64,000 nt of DNA. Origin: a virus. The notes below the pieces were generated by a model. It ran no database searches and had not been told where the DNA came from. It was given only the letters and a program-made list of their open reading frames with translations. The stretch spans positions 32,001 through 96,000 of the IMG/VR virus record IMGVR_UViG_3300021961_000040; one strand, given 5' to 3'. Of this stretch, positions 18,192 to 28,836 are shown one piece after another. Made by a program: the position numbers and the translations under genes. Each line of letters opens with the position of its first letter. Within the stretch, counting starts at the first letter, position 1.

Positions 18192-19808
18192 TTGGATATT
18201 AGTAAACATTTTCCGTATCCTGTTCCACGCCCAGAACAGGAGCAGGCAATCGAAGCTGCACTTAAAGCTTTCTTAAAAAATGACAAGAAGTTTTTTATTC
18301 TTGAAGCAGGTACAGGTGTCGGAAAATCGGCGATCGGTTTAACACTGGCTCGTATCTTAAACGAACAGCTTTCACATTCTGAAGAGTTTGCAAGAGGATC
18401 CTATTTCCTGACAACTCAGCGAGTTCTTCAAGAGCAGTACGAAAATGACTTCGGACATCCGAACGGAAAGATGACGTCAGTTTACTCTTCTAAAAACTAT
18501 CAGTGCGAGTATCACAAGAAAAATGACTGTCGCACTAGTCAACAGATGCTTAGAACAGAAGATAAGTCTTCGAGATTTTTTAAGAAGTGCACTGCTGATT
18601 GTCTTTACAAGCGTGAGAAAAAGCTCTTTCTGGAATCTCCAGAATCAGTAACAAACTTTCCTTACTTTATTATGGAGTCAACTTATTCTGGAAAGATTAC
18701 TCCTCGCAACTTTTTAGTTGTTGATGAGGCTCACAATGCTGAGTCTGTTCTTACAAATTTTGTTGAGATTTCTGTAAGTCAGTACTTTTGTGATAAGGTC
18801 GTCAAATGCAACTGGCCTGAAAAGATCACGCCTGTTGCTTTCTACAAGTGGCTTCGTGATGTTTATAATCCAAAACTTCAGAAGCAAATTCTTTACTTTG
18901 AACAGCAGCTAGAAAATCTTGGTCTAAAATCTCGTGTAAAAGATTTGGCTTCAATTGCATTGAAGTATGACATGCTTAAGTCGCATTCGAATAAGCTCAC
19001 TCTTTTCTTAGAAGATTACTCTCCAGACAATTGGGTTATGGAAGTGGGCGAGACCGAAAAGCGTGGCTATGTTCGTGTAACTTATCGCGCCATTGATGTG
19101 TCGAAGTATGCTGAGACTTATCTTTTCCGAATGGGTCGAAAGGTCCTGCTCATGTCTGCAACAATTCTTAACGCGAAAGGTTTTACTAAGTCAATGGGTA
19201 TTTCTGAAGACGACTATGATTCAATTAGCATCGCGTCACCCTTTCCTGTGGAAAATCGTCCCATTATTCATGCCAATATTGGAAGTTTTAGTGCCAAGGT
19301 AATTGATTTTACTCTACCGAGAGCTAAAGACGCTGTCAAGGCAATTTTGGCAGAACACGAAGATGTCAAAGGTGTGATCCACTGTCATACTTATAAAATT
19401 GCTAATTATCTAAAGAAAGAGCTTCGATCGAAACGAATTCTTACACATAATAGCGATAATCGAGATGAGATTCTGCACAAACATATCACGTCCAAAGAGC
19501 CTACTGTTCTTTTAACACCTTCAATGACAGAAGGCGTGGACTTAAAAGGCGATGCTTCTCGATTCCAGATTATTGTCAAGGTGCCCTATCCTTATCTTGG
19601 TGATCCAATTATCAGAAAGCGAATGAACAAGAACGAAAAGTGGTATCCTATGCAAACTGCAATGACGATTGTTCAGGCATACGGCAGAAGTGTTAGATCA
19701 ATGGACGACAATGCCGTTACTTATATTCTTGACAGTGACTGGAAACATTTTTACAGCCAGAACAAAGATGTATTCCCAGCTGGTTTTCATGAGTGCTTAG
19801 TTAAGTAA
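18192..19808 (+). CDS. DinG/XPD-family SF2 helicase
   Basis: EAGTGVGKS, VVDEAHN, MSAT, EGVD, KVPYP, QAYGRSVRS..D; Cys cluster. Confidence 0.9.
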   Translation: MDISKHFPYPVPRPEQEQAIEAALKAFLKNDKKFFILEAGTGVGKSAIGLTLARILNEQLSHSEEFARGSYFLTTQRVLQEQYENDFGHPNGKMTSVYSSKNYQCEYHKKNDCRTSQQMLRTEDKSSRFFKKCTADCLYKREKKLFLESPESVTNFPYFIMESTYSGKITPRNFLVVDEAHNAESVLTNFVEISVSQYFCDKVVKCNWPEKITPVAFYKWLRDVYNPKLQKQILYFEQQLENLGLKSRVKDLASIALKYDMLKSHSNKLTLFLEDYSPDNWVMEVGETEKRGYVRVTYRAIDVSKYAETYLFRMGRKVLLMSATILNAKGFTKSMGISEDDYDSISIASPFPVENRPIIHANIGSFSAKVIDFTLPRAKDAVKAILAEHEDVKGVIHCHTYKIANYLKKELRSKRILTHNSDNRDEILHKHITSKEPTVLLTPSMTEGVDLKGDASRFQIIVKVPYPYLGDPIIRKRMNKNEKWYPMQTAMTIVQAYGRSVRSMDDNAVTYILDSDWKHFYSQNKDVFPAGFHECLVK

Positions 19809-21548
19809 ACCTGCTATTTTTAACCATCGTTCTTGAAGCTGCTGATTTTGCTGTTTATTGTATTTGATAAATACTGGATTTTGCTCAATTGCTTCTCTAT
19901 ACCGCTTATTGCGCAATAAAGAATCTTCACTTCTATAAATTTGTAACAAAATATCAAGTGGCGTGTCAGGACTTTTTGCTAGCCGAATTGCAGCACTACC
20001 CTTAATGTACAAATCTTCTTTATTTAAAAGTTTTACTAAGACTTCTATCGGCGTACTACTCCTCTGTCTGGGTTGATCGGTAAAGATCCGTTCTCCATGG
20101 TTGAGCAATGCCATCGCGACCGTCATGTCTGGATCATCCGCGAGATCAAGTAATACATCAAGTGGTGTGCTTATGTTATCTGCCACTGCTGCTCGGACGT
20201 GCTTATCTTCGTCTTTAGAATATTTAATTAAGACGTCAGGTGAAATACCAGGATTCGATGCTAACCATCTATTCATTTTTGGCAAGTTGAGTTTTTCAAG
20301 CTTACGTATTGTCTTAGGTGAGATACTTGGATTTTTGGCAAGATTCAGTATAACATGGCTTTCTTTGTCATTAGCAAGATTTTCTAAAGTTTTTTTAGAT
20401 GCGCTTCTGTTGAATGCTACGGCGGCTTTCACATCAGCGTCTTCATGCCTTGAAAGTTTATCAAGTTCTTCGGGTGCAGTATTAAGATCACTTGCTGCCC
20501 GAACTAGAAGATACTTTTCCATATTTTTGTTTTGGATCGAACCGTCTCTTCTAATCAACAAATTTTTAAGAACATCTGTGTATTTTTGAAACAGTTTGTC
20601 ACTCACTGGATTGTCATTAACGTCCATAAAATGCATGTGACCGTAAGAAAACTGGTATCGTTTTCCATTATCTTCAATATAATAAAGCGGATCTTCTGGG
20701 GTGTAGTAATCATCAAAAAAATCAAGTCCCGGCGCAGCCGTGCACCAGGCAGTATCAATACCTAATTTAACAGCTGCTGCTTTGCTGTGAATCTCGCCTA
20801 CAACAAAACCGTTTTCATCAGGAATAGTATAAAAGCCCGTTTGAGGATTTTTCTGAGTCATATTTTCGGCTGCTATATTTAATCCTCCTCGGAGCGGAAT
20901 AAATCCTTTTATTACATTTTCTCCAGAAATTCTAGAGCCTAATCTCTTGTTTTCTGCATCTATTGCTTCTTCATGTGCTTCTATTATTGAAAAAAGCTCT
21001 TGCATGTCTTTTATTTTAAATAAGTCTCTTTTTTCTGGCGGGCTAATTAAGTGTTTAAACTGGCCAAATTTTTCTAAACTATTTCTAATTTTATTAACTA
21101 AAGTAACCTCTCCTAAGTTTCCGTAATTATTTTCTATTACTTCTTCTTCTTCTGTTACTGCAAAAAACAATCCTAAGTCTGACTTAAATTGTTTTATTAT
21201 CCATAAAATAGAGTTTGATCGATCAGCATCATCTACGTCTACGGGTATAAAATTATCAATATTTCTAAAAAGCTCATCGGCAGTAAGATGTTCTATCCCG
21301 TAAGAAGCTCCGTCAAGATGTGTTGGGCTTTCATCCCATTGATTTGTATATGGGCTAGGCTTGTAATTATATTTTTGAGCCGCAGATCTAATCGCTCCGA
21401 TGCCATCTCTTTTTACAACAAAAATCAAAGATTTCCAGATCTTCATTTTTTCTTTTTCAAGCTTAGCCTCAGCTTGCTCAACTGATATCGCCTCAGTAAG
21501 CAAGCTTTCTAAAATTATTTTTCTGAGTTGTGATTTCTTAATTTTCAT
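19797..21548 (-). CDS. protein with MKIKKSQLRKIILE leader, WCTA domain and HEAT/LRV-type repeats
   Basis: repeats such as VRAAVADNISTPLDVLLDLADD; C-terminal ERWLKIAGL. Confidence 0.75.
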   Translation of the reverse strand: MKIKKSQLRKIILESLLTEAISVEQAEAKLEKEKMKIWKSLIFVVKRDGIGAIRSAAQKYNYKPSPYTNQWDESPTHLDGASYGIEHLTADELFRNIDNFIPVDVDDADRSNSILWIIKQFKSDLGLFFAVTEEEEVIENNYGNLGEVTLVNKIRNSLEKFGQFKHLISPPEKRDLFKIKDMQELFSIIEAHEEAIDAENKRLGSRISGENVIKGFIPLRGGLNIAAENMTQKNPQTGFYTIPDENGFVVGEIHSKAAAVKLGIDTAWCTAAPGLDFFDDYYTPEDPLYYIEDNGKRYQFSYGHMHFMDVNDNPVSDKLFQKYTDVLKNLLIRRDGSIQNKNMEKYLLVRAASDLNTAPEELDKLSRHEDADVKAAVAFNRSASKKTLENLANDKESHVILNLAKNPSISPKTIRKLEKLNLPKMNRWLASNPGISPDVLIKYSKDEDKHVRAAVADNISTPLDVLLDLADDPDMTVAMALLNHGERIFTDQPRQRSSTPIEVLVKLLNKEDLYIKGSAAIRLAKSPDTPLDILLQIYRSEDSLLRNKRYREAIEQNPVFIKYNKQQNQQLQERWLKIAGLLN

Positions 21549-21601
21549 GGTGTGCAAACCTCAATAATACACATTATAATACAACAATAGGTAGGGGAAA
21601 A

Positions 21602-22219
21602 ATGTTTAAACTTGCATGCAAAATTCCAAAGAAAGTTGAAGTCGCGTTGAGCGGAGGCCCTGATTCTGTCGCGCTTCTTGGATTTCTTGCAAAGAGTCGC
21701 AGAGATGTCTCTGCGGCTTTTGTGCACCACGGAACAAAAACCTCAGATGAGTCTGTTTATGTTGTAACAAGGCTTTGTAAGCAGCTAGATATTCCTCTTA
21801 GAATGACCACGTTGTCTTCTGTTGAACAGGAAGGACAAGGCCTTGAGGCAACCTGGAGAGCTTCAAGATATGACTTCCTGGATCAGGCAGAGCGCCCTGT
21901 GGCCACTGCACATCATCTTGATGATGCAGTTGAGTGGTGGATCTTTTCATCGCTTCATGGGGAAGGAAAGCTTATCCCGCGAATTCGTGGAAACTATCTT
22001 AGGCCTCTTCTCTTGACTAGAAAAGAAAAACTAGTGGAGTATTGCAACTATAATAATTTGCCTTTTTATATCGACGAAACCAATCTTTTGACTGATCGGC
22101 CTCGTGTTTTAATCCGCAATAAAATGATGTATGATTGTCTTGAGATTAATCCTGGTTTGCATAAGACCATTAAAAAGAAATACCTCAAGGAGATTGAAGA
22201 TGAACGTCAGGGTTGGTGA
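21602..22219 (+). CDS. tilS: tRNA(Ile)-lysidine synthetase, catalytic domain
   Basis: ALSGGPDS PP-loop, VHHG, RYDFL, TAHHLDDAVE, RPLL, DETN. Confidence 0.85.
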   Translation: MFKLACKIPKKVEVALSGGPDSVALLGFLAKSRRDVSAAFVHHGTKTSDESVYVVTRLCKQLDIPLRMTTLSSVEQEGQGLEATWRASRYDFLDQAERPVATAHHLDDAVEWWIFSSLHGEGKLIPRIRGNYLRPLLLTRKEKLVEYCNYNNLPFYIDETNLLTDRPRVLIRNKMMYDCLEINPGLHKTIKKKYLKEIEDERQGW

Positions 22220-22403
22220 TAAAGTAGAAGCTTTATATCATATGAGCAACCGCGGTGTTGTTCAAGAAATTTATTATGTATCAGTGACTGCTGGAAATGG
22301 CGGAGGCTCATTTTCTAAGATGCGGAGAATTAAGTTTTTAAGTGAACTTGACGGTAAAGTTTATGACATGAAAGCACAAGATCTTCGTGTAATTAGAGAA
22401 TAA
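22200..22403 (+). CDS. small SH3/KOW-like hypothetical protein
   Basis: AAGGAG SD; MNVRVGDKVE. Confidence 0.5.
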   Translation: MNVRVGDKVEALYHMSNRGVVQEIYYVSVTAGNGGGSFSKMRRIKFLSELDGKVYDMKAQDLRVIRE

Positions 22404-22597
22404 TCAACATATTTATTATAGAGTGAACAGTCAGACACGAGATATAACACGAAAATTCATCAGAGACATGACTGATGCATGCATCGTTACTAACATTTTG
22501 CTGATGGTTTTATCTGTCATTTTAGTCGATTGGAACCTATTTAAAATTGCGGCTTTATCTGGAAGCCTGTTAGTTTTAAGTCGGTTGTATCGTTATC

Positions 22598-22837
22598 ATG
22601 AGCAAAAAGAAGAAGACAAAAAGCAGTAAACTGAAAGATCTTTACTTAGATCGTCCAACTTCACACGGGGGTTGGCCTAGCGGTCATAGTGGAAGCTATA
22701 GAGACGCTGATACACCCGTCTACAAACAAATTGCAAAATACTTAGAAGATATGGGTCTTCTTGAGTCGCCTGACCATGCTGTCTTGAGTGAACAAAAACT
22801 TAGACAGATCGTCAGGCGTTTTCTTTTAAACTCTTAA
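22598..22837 (+). CDS. hypothetical protein with C-terminal LSEQKLRQIVR motif
   Basis: 79 aa ORF. Confidence 0.5.
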   Translation: MSKKKKTKSSKLKDLYLDRPTSHGGWPSGHSGSYRDADTPVYKQIAKYLEDMGLLESPDHAVLSEQKLRQIVRRFLLNS

Positions 22838-22845
22838 AATCAGGT

Positions 22846-23367
22846 ATGTTGATGAAAAATCTAGAAAAACTTAGAGTTCTGACCGAAAATATTAGCAGAG
22901 AAGAAGAAAAAAGAATACAAGAACTTTCTCTTTATCAGTCTTTTTTTAAAGAAATTCCTGTGAAAACATTTGTCTGGTCTATAGACAAAGATCTAAAAAT
23001 AAGAGTTAAAAATAAAAAATCTTTAAAAGGTAATATCAGCGGAAAAGTTTTAAAAAACGGAACACTCAGAGACGCTTTTTCATGCAAAGACATGAATGAA
23101 ATTAATATTCAATATCATAAATCTGCGCTTAAAGGATTTAAACAAACTTATCTTAGTTATGAAGAAGATTCTACTTTTTTAACTACTTTAATTCCTGTAA
23201 AAGAAAATGATGAAAGAGTTGTTTACGGCTGTTCTTGGGACGTTACAACTATTATTGAAATTCTAGATTTGTCAAAGACATTGCCAGAAGATTGCAAAAA
23301 GTCTTTAACTCAAATTATAGAAAAAAATCCTATGTATAGCTTAGTAAGTCAATTGAGGTTAACATGA
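22846..23367 (+). CDS. stand-alone PAS-fold protein
   Basis: VWSIDKDL, ALKG, LIPVKE..VYGCSWDVT typical of PAS_4. Confidence 0.5.
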   Translation: MLMKNLEKLRVLTENISREEEKRIQELSLYQSFFKEIPVKTFVWSIDKDLKIRVKNKKSLKGNISGKVLKNGTLRDAFSCKDMNEINIQYHKSALKGFKQTYLSYEEDSTFLTTLIPVKENDERVVYGCSWDVTTIIEILDLSKTLPEDCKKSLTQIIEKNPMYSLVSQLRLT

Positions 23368-23690
23368 GTTCAGATAGTCAAAATGGATGGGGCGAGTACT
23401 CTCGATTAGTTTTAAAAGAGCTTGAAACATTGGCAACGGGTATTGAATCTTTAAGATCTGAACTTCTTGATGTGAAGCAAGAACTTGCAGCAATTAGAGC
23501 AAAAGAAGACAAAATTCATGAACTGAGAGAATGGAAGTCTAAAATTGACGATGTGACTTCTCCTACACAACTTAAATCGCTTGTTAACGAAGTACAAGAA
23601 TTAAAGCTTTTTAGGACAAAAGCCGTCACAGTATTTGCTGTAGTTCAGTTCTTGATGGCTGCCGCAGTTGCGGCTTCAAAGATTTTTTAA
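23364..23690 (+). CDS. coiled-coil protein with C-terminal TM helix
   Basis: heptad region then AVTVFAVVQFLMAAAVAA. Confidence 0.6.
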   Translation: MSSDSQNGWGEYSRLVLKELETLATGIESLRSELLDVKQELAAIRAKEDKIHELREWKSKIDDVTSPTQLKSLVNEVQELKLFRTKAVTVFAVVQFLMAAAVAASKIF

Positions 23691-24072
23691 AAAATCAAAG
23701 TATGTAAACTTATTTCACTTAAGTTATTATACATTTAAGAAACATAGGAATTTAAGTGAAAGAAGTTTTAAAAAAGTATTATCTACCGCATAGAGAGTCT
23801 AAAGAATCTGAGAAAGATCTAGTCGAGAGAATTGATAAAAAGATTATTGAAGATCAATTTAATTATATTTCTAATAGAGATATATTTATAAAAGAGGATT
23901 TTTGTGGCGATTCGCGAGAGAATTGAACTAAGAGAGATTAATGGTACGATGTACCTTATTAAATATAGCGAAGTGGATCGTCACGAAGGTTATACTAGTT
24001 ATAGCTTTTGTTTTCTTCGTGAAGCATCTGAACAAGACATTAAAGAGCATAAATCTACAAAAGGAAAGTGAC

Positions 24073-24459
24073 TTGAAAAAAAATAAACCAGTTCTAGAAA
24101 CACTTACTGGAAGCAGTGATGATACATCTACCATAGAAGAATTAGAAAAAAGCTTTGAGTCAATTGAAGAACTTAAAGTAAATGCTGAAGATGTAGAAGA
24201 AATGTTGCAAAAGTTACTTGATACAGACTGGGATGATGATATTGTAAATGAAATGGCCGGCCCGGCCTATATGCTCTCTTTGTCAAAGGATATAGAATAC
24301 TTCTATAGCATTAATAGAAAGACGTTTGTACCAGTTAAAAATAATATTGAAGTAATTCCTGTGAGTATTGATCAAAATACTACCTCTAATTATTTTGCAA
24401 TTAATAATGAAATATTTAGCATTGATTCTAGCAAAGTTATTTGTATTGGTTGGAACTAA
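24073..24459 (+). CDS. hypothetical protein
   Basis: probable TTG start after AAGGA; upstream part of the listed ORF overlaps another small ORF. Confidence 0.45.
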   Translation: MKKNKPVLETLTGSSDDTSTIEELEKSFESIEELKVNAEDVEEMLQKLLDTDWDDDIVNEMAGPAYMLSLSKDIEYFYSINRKTFVPVKNNIEVIPVSIDQNTTSNYFAINNEIFSIDSSKVICIGWN

Positions 24460-24797
24460 TGAAACTTGATCATGTCGCAGTAATTTCAACAGACATTGAC
24501 GAGTCTGTTAAGTGGTATAAGAAAATGTGGGACGACGCAAAAGTCTTGTACCAGGATAATACGTGGGCGTTTTTAGAGTCTGAAGATTCTAAAATTGCTT
24601 TTGTTACTCCTAAACAACACCCATCTCATGTTGCTTTTAGAGTAGAAAGTAAAGAGCAAGAAGATTTTTTAAATACAATGTTTCCTAATCACGGGTGGAA
24701 GCTTCATAGAGATGGTTCAAAGTCTTTTTATGCCAAAGACCCTTCTGGTAATTTTGTTGAGTTTATAAAATATGAAGAAATTAAAAAAGAAAATTAA
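24459..24797 (+). CDS. VOC/glyoxalase family protein
   Basis: LDHVAV...HVAFRV...HRDGSKSFYAKDPSGNFVEF. Confidence 0.85.
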   Translation: MKLDHVAVISTDIDESVKWYKKMWDDAKVLYQDNTWAFLESEDSKIAFVTPKQHPSHVAFRVESKEQEDFLNTMFPNHGWKLHRDGSKSFYAKDPSGNFVEFIKYEEIKKEN

Positions 24798-25520
24798 AGA
24801 CTTTGTTTACGTGGTCAACTATCCAGCAGGTGTAGATGAACAATGGGATAAGGAGGCTATTGAAAGCTTTAATAAGCTTTTAGATAGCTCAAATTTGATA
24901 TTGCTTATTGTGATTTTTGGAATACCCGTAGGAAGCTTTCTTACACTATTGATACAAAATTATGGGAAATAAATCAAGCCTATTTGAATACTTATTTATA
25001 ATTGCGATTATAGTGCCTATTGTGTATTATCAAGTTATTAAGTTAGCAATTAAATCTGAGTTTTTATATGACAGAATTAGAAATAATAAAGCTTCTTCTA
25101 GAAGAGCTGGAAGGACAAGCTACACACTTAAGGGTATCAAGAGGTTACGGTGTTGGGCATCCTCACTGGGAAGAAAGAGCTGGAAAGCAGATGTTGGGTG
25201 ATACTCCTTATGCACCAGAAGAAGAAGAATCAAAAGAAACAACTCAAGAATTTAAAAAAGTAAAAGTAAGTAGAGTATTTAAAAAATGAATTACCTGAAA
25301 ATGTATTGTGATATTTTTGGTTTAATACTCAAAAAAGACAGTGTCTTTGACAAAGAAAATAATCTAGTTGGGAAAGTCGAAGACAAAAAATATATCCACT
25401 TCACATATCAGAGCAACCCGGTCAAACTATCAGATCTTTGGTTAGCTGTATTTGAAAGAATTCGTGTACATTGATTAAATCCAAAGTATAATAAAAGCAA
25501 CCATTTTAAAGGAGCAAAAA

Positions 25521-25712
25521 ATGGCAACCGTTAAAGCTAAGAAAAATGAAAGACCCGATTCTCTAATTAGACGTTTTCAGCTTGCAGTCGAGCAATCAGG
25601 AATTATGAAGGAACTTAAGCTTCGTCGATATTTTATGACAAATGCTGAAAAGAAAAAAGCAAAGCGTAAGGCAGCTGAAAAGCGCCGCCGCAAAGAAGCA
25701 GAAGGCAAGTAG
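25521..25712 (+). CDS. rpsU: ribosomal protein bS21
   Basis: E..DSLIRRF..AVEQSGIMKELK.RRYF...EKKKAKRKAAEKR. Confidence 0.85.
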   Translation: MATVKAKKNERPDSLIRRFQLAVEQSGIMKELKLRRYFMTNAEKKKAKRKAAEKRRRKEAEGK

Positions 25713-25739
25713 AATTCCAGAAGTATATTTATATATACT

Positions 25740-26156
25740 ATGAAAATAACTAGACAACAACTTAAAAGTATCGTCAAAAAAACACTTTTTGAAAATACAT
25801 TAAGTAAAAATAATGATATTAATATCACGATGGACGTCCCTAAAAGAGAGGGCGTAACTTTTTCAGTCAAAGCTATTGGAACTAGAATAGTAGCAATTCT
25901 TGAATCAGAAGAAGGTCATCGTCGAATTGGCGACAATGATGAAGATAAGAAAATTCTTTTAGGAATTTTAAGAGCTACATTAGAAACAACTAGTAAAGAA
26001 GATACAAAAGAACACCTTGTTAGGTTGATTGCTAGACTGACAGGGGAATCTGAGTCTGAAATTGATATGCCGGCGATGATGTCTAAAATATTAAATGATA
26101 GATCTTTAGCATCTTATTCACAGCATATTCAAGACAAGAATACAAGACTAGTTTAG
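25740..26156 (+). CDS. hypothetical protein with MKITRQQLKSIVK leader
   Basis: shared leader; ATATTTA 8 nt upstream. Confidence 0.6.
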   Translation: MKITRQQLKSIVKKTLFENTLSKNNDINITMDVPKREGVTFSVKAIGTRIVAILESEEGHRRIGDNDEDKKILLGILRATLETTSKEDTKEHLVRLIARLTGESESEIDMPAMMSKILNDRSLASYSQHIQDKNTRLV

Positions 26157-26429
26157 ATGTGGTATGTTTACATTGTAGAATGCAAAGACCAATCGCTCTA
26201 CACAGGCATAACTAATGATATTGCTCGGAGAGTATCTGAGCATAATAATTCTAAGCGTGGTGCAAAATATACTAGATCAAGAAGACCTGTAAAATTAGTT
26301 GCACATTGTCTTGTAAAAGATAAATCAACAGCCCTAAGATTAGAACATAAAATAAAGTCTCTAAAGAAGAGCGAGAAAATTGCTTATTTACTAAAGGAGA
26401 AAAGCAATGAACTGGAAGACATTGAGTAA
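26157..26429 (+). CDS. GIY-YIG nuclease (UPF0213-like)
   Basis: WYVYIVEC..SLYTGITND..RR..EHN..GAKYTR.RRPV. Confidence 0.9.
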   Translation: MWYVYIVECKDQSLYTGITNDIARRVSEHNNSKRGAKYTRSRRPVKLVAHCLVKDKSTALRLEHKIKSLKKSEKIAYLLKEKSNELEDIE

Positions 26430-26799
26430 AATTGAGATGAGAAACCGTGAAAACGAAACTGAGAATTTTGTAATTCAATACGACGGTAATTTTTACCGAA
26501 TCCAGAATGAGTTTGGTAACATTAGTTTTGAGTTCGATGTTTCGTCTGGGTATGCATTTGTAGAAGAGTTGAACAGTATTATTTCTTCTGATATTGAGAG
26601 TGAGATTAATACTTTCTTGAATGAACAAAACATGCAAAATGACAATGATTGCTGCAGTGATGTTGACACCAATCCTCAAATGAACCTCTTTGATAATAAA
26701 AATATTAATTACAAGAATTCAAAGTCAGTAAAACCATCGAAGGGTCTTAATATTATCAAGAATGGCGTCGGTATTACTTTAAAGAAGAATGGGTGATAC

Positions 26800-27378
26800 G
26801 TGGGAAATCTTGCCACTGCAAAGTCTGTAACTTTTTTAGATATCGAAACAACGAATTTAGACCCTAAGAAAAGTGCAATCCTCCAGATCTGCTTTATTAC
26901 AGATTGGGAAGGAGGACAACAAGATGTTTGGTCCACAAAGATCAAACCAAAAGATATAGAGCTTAGCTTTGCATCAAAAGATGCATTAAAGATCTGTAAC
27001 TACAGTGATGATGAATGGCAAGATGCACCCAGCTTTCAAGAGGTAGCCCCAGAAATTTCAAAAAGATTGACTTGGGGCCCTCTTGTAGCACATAATATCA
27101 ATTTTGATCTTTCTCATATTCGATCTGTCTTTAAAAGATATGGGTGGACAGAAGTCGATCGGGTTGCTGAACTAGAAAAAGAAAAACGTTTTAAAGTAGG
27201 TTATCCAATTATTGATACATGTGCCCTCGCTTATCTTTTCTTGCCAACAGAAAGACAAAATCTTAATGAACTTAGAGAATATTTTGACATATCAGACGAT
27301 GGAGCACACGAAGCCGCAAAAGATACACAAGATTGTAGGCAAGTCTTTTACAGCATAATCGGAGAAAAACTAGGATAG
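26800..27378 (+). CDS. DEDDh 3'-5' exonuclease (DnaQ-like)
   Basis: FLDIETT, VAHNINFD, IDT, AHEAAKD. Confidence 0.88.
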   Translation: MGNLATAKSVTFLDIETTNLDPKKSAILQICFITDWEGGQQDVWSTKIKPKDIELSFASKDALKICNYSDDEWQDAPSFQEVAPEISKRLTWGPLVAHNINFDLSHIRSVFKRYGWTEVDRVAELEKEKRFKVGYPIIDTCALAYLFLPTERQNLNELREYFDISDDGAHEAAKDTQDCRQVFYSIIGEKLG

Positions 27379-27594
27379 CGCTGAGTGCATAAAGTTAAAA
27401 AAGGAATTAAAATACTTCTATGGAAATAAAAAGAATTCTTTCTACTAAAGAAGCAGAAGAAGCATCACATGTCAAAAAAATTCAACCGATAACAGAGAGT
27501 TTTTTAAGAGAAAACTACGATATTATTTTGGAAGATATTGAGTGGGATAGGTATGCCCCGGAAAATACATTTCTAAATACGTATAGGAGACTTT

Positions 27595-28836
27595 ATGAAA
27601 GTAGTGGAAATTCTAGAAGAAATTAAATCAACTTCTAAGTCAACTGAAAAACTAGCAATTATGAAGAGAAATTCTAACAACATTTACTTCAAATCAGCGC
27701 TACACTATTCAAGTAACCCATTTAAACCTTTTCATGTTGCAAAAGTTCCAAGAGTAAAGGCGACTGAAAGAGCTGCAAATTTACTTTCTGAAGAAACTGC
27801 ATGGCCTGCTTTTTACTCTTTGCTAGATCAGTGTGCATCAAGATCCGTGACAGGAAATGTTGCTATTGATTTGCTACATTCTCTTTTTCAAACTGTAGAT
27901 AAAAATACAGAATCATGGATGCGAAAGGTTCTTAACAAGCATCTTGCAATTGGTATATCTGTCAAGTCTATTAATAAGGCATTTCCAGGATTTATTCCTA
28001 CTTTTGAAGTATCTTTAGCTCAAAAGTTTGACATGAAGCGAATCGGAAATAGGAAAACAGTTGCCGTCGAACCTAAGCTCGACGGCATTCGGTGTTTCAC
28101 TATTGTTGAGGGCAAATCAGCAATTATGCTTGCTCGCTCCGGAAAGCCAATTACAAATTTTAACGATACTATTTTAAAAGAAATCATTAAGATGGGTGAT
28201 GGCTGCTACGATGGCGAGCTTATGGGTAAAGACTTTATTGATCTTATGAAGCAGGCATATCGAAAAGAAGGTACTGATATTTTAGGAACATATCTTGCAC
28301 TTTTTGATTTTCTACCGATTCAAGAATGGAACTCAAAAAAGAGTACAACTTCTTGTCAAAAACGATTTGAAATGCTTTTCGATCGTTTAAGCAATCCAGA
28401 AGTAAATCTAGAGCTTATTAGACCTGTTGAAAGAATTGAGTGTTACCCTGACTATGAAGAAATTAAAGAAATACACGATTCTTATGTCAAGGAAGGTTTT
28501 GAAGGTGCCATGATTAAGTTTCTTGATGCACCTTATAAGTTTGGCCGAGGATATGAAGTTATGAAGCTTAAGGCTTTTCATGACGTTGACCTCCCTATTA
28601 CAGGGCTTCTAGAGGGAACTGGAAAACATGCAGGGAAACTTGGATCTTTTCAGGTAGATTACCAGGGGGTGGAAGTTCAAGTAGGTTCTGGGTTAACAGA
28701 CGATCTTAGAGAAGTTGTCTGGAAAGATCAAGAAAGCTTTCTAGGCAGAATCATTGAGGTTCGTTACCAAGAAGTCACGCCAGATGGGTCTCTTAGATTT
28801 CCTACTTTTGTATGCTTTAGAAATGACAAGAGTTAG
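27595..28836 (+). CDS. ATP-dependent DNA ligase
   Basis: EPKLDGIR, YDGEL, EGAMIK, MKLK, VGSG, SLRFPTF. Confidence 0.93.
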   Translation: MKVVEILEEIKSTSKSTEKLAIMKRNSNNIYFKSALHYSSNPFKPFHVAKVPRVKATERAANLLSEETAWPAFYSLLDQCASRSVTGNVAIDLLHSLFQTVDKNTESWMRKVLNKHLAIGISVKSINKAFPGFIPTFEVSLAQKFDMKRIGNRKTVAVEPKLDGIRCFTIVEGKSAIMLARSGKPITNFNDTILKEIIKMGDGCYDGELMGKDFIDLMKQAYRKEGTDILGTYLALFDFLPIQEWNSKKSTTSCQKRFEMLFDRLSNPEVNLELIRPVERIECYPDYEEIKEIHDSYVKEGFEGAMIKFLDAPYKFGRGYEVMKLKAFHDVDLPITGLLEGTGKHAGKLGSFQVDYQGVEVQVGSGLTDDLREVVWKDQESFLGRIIEVRYQEVTPDGSLRFPTFVCFRNDKS

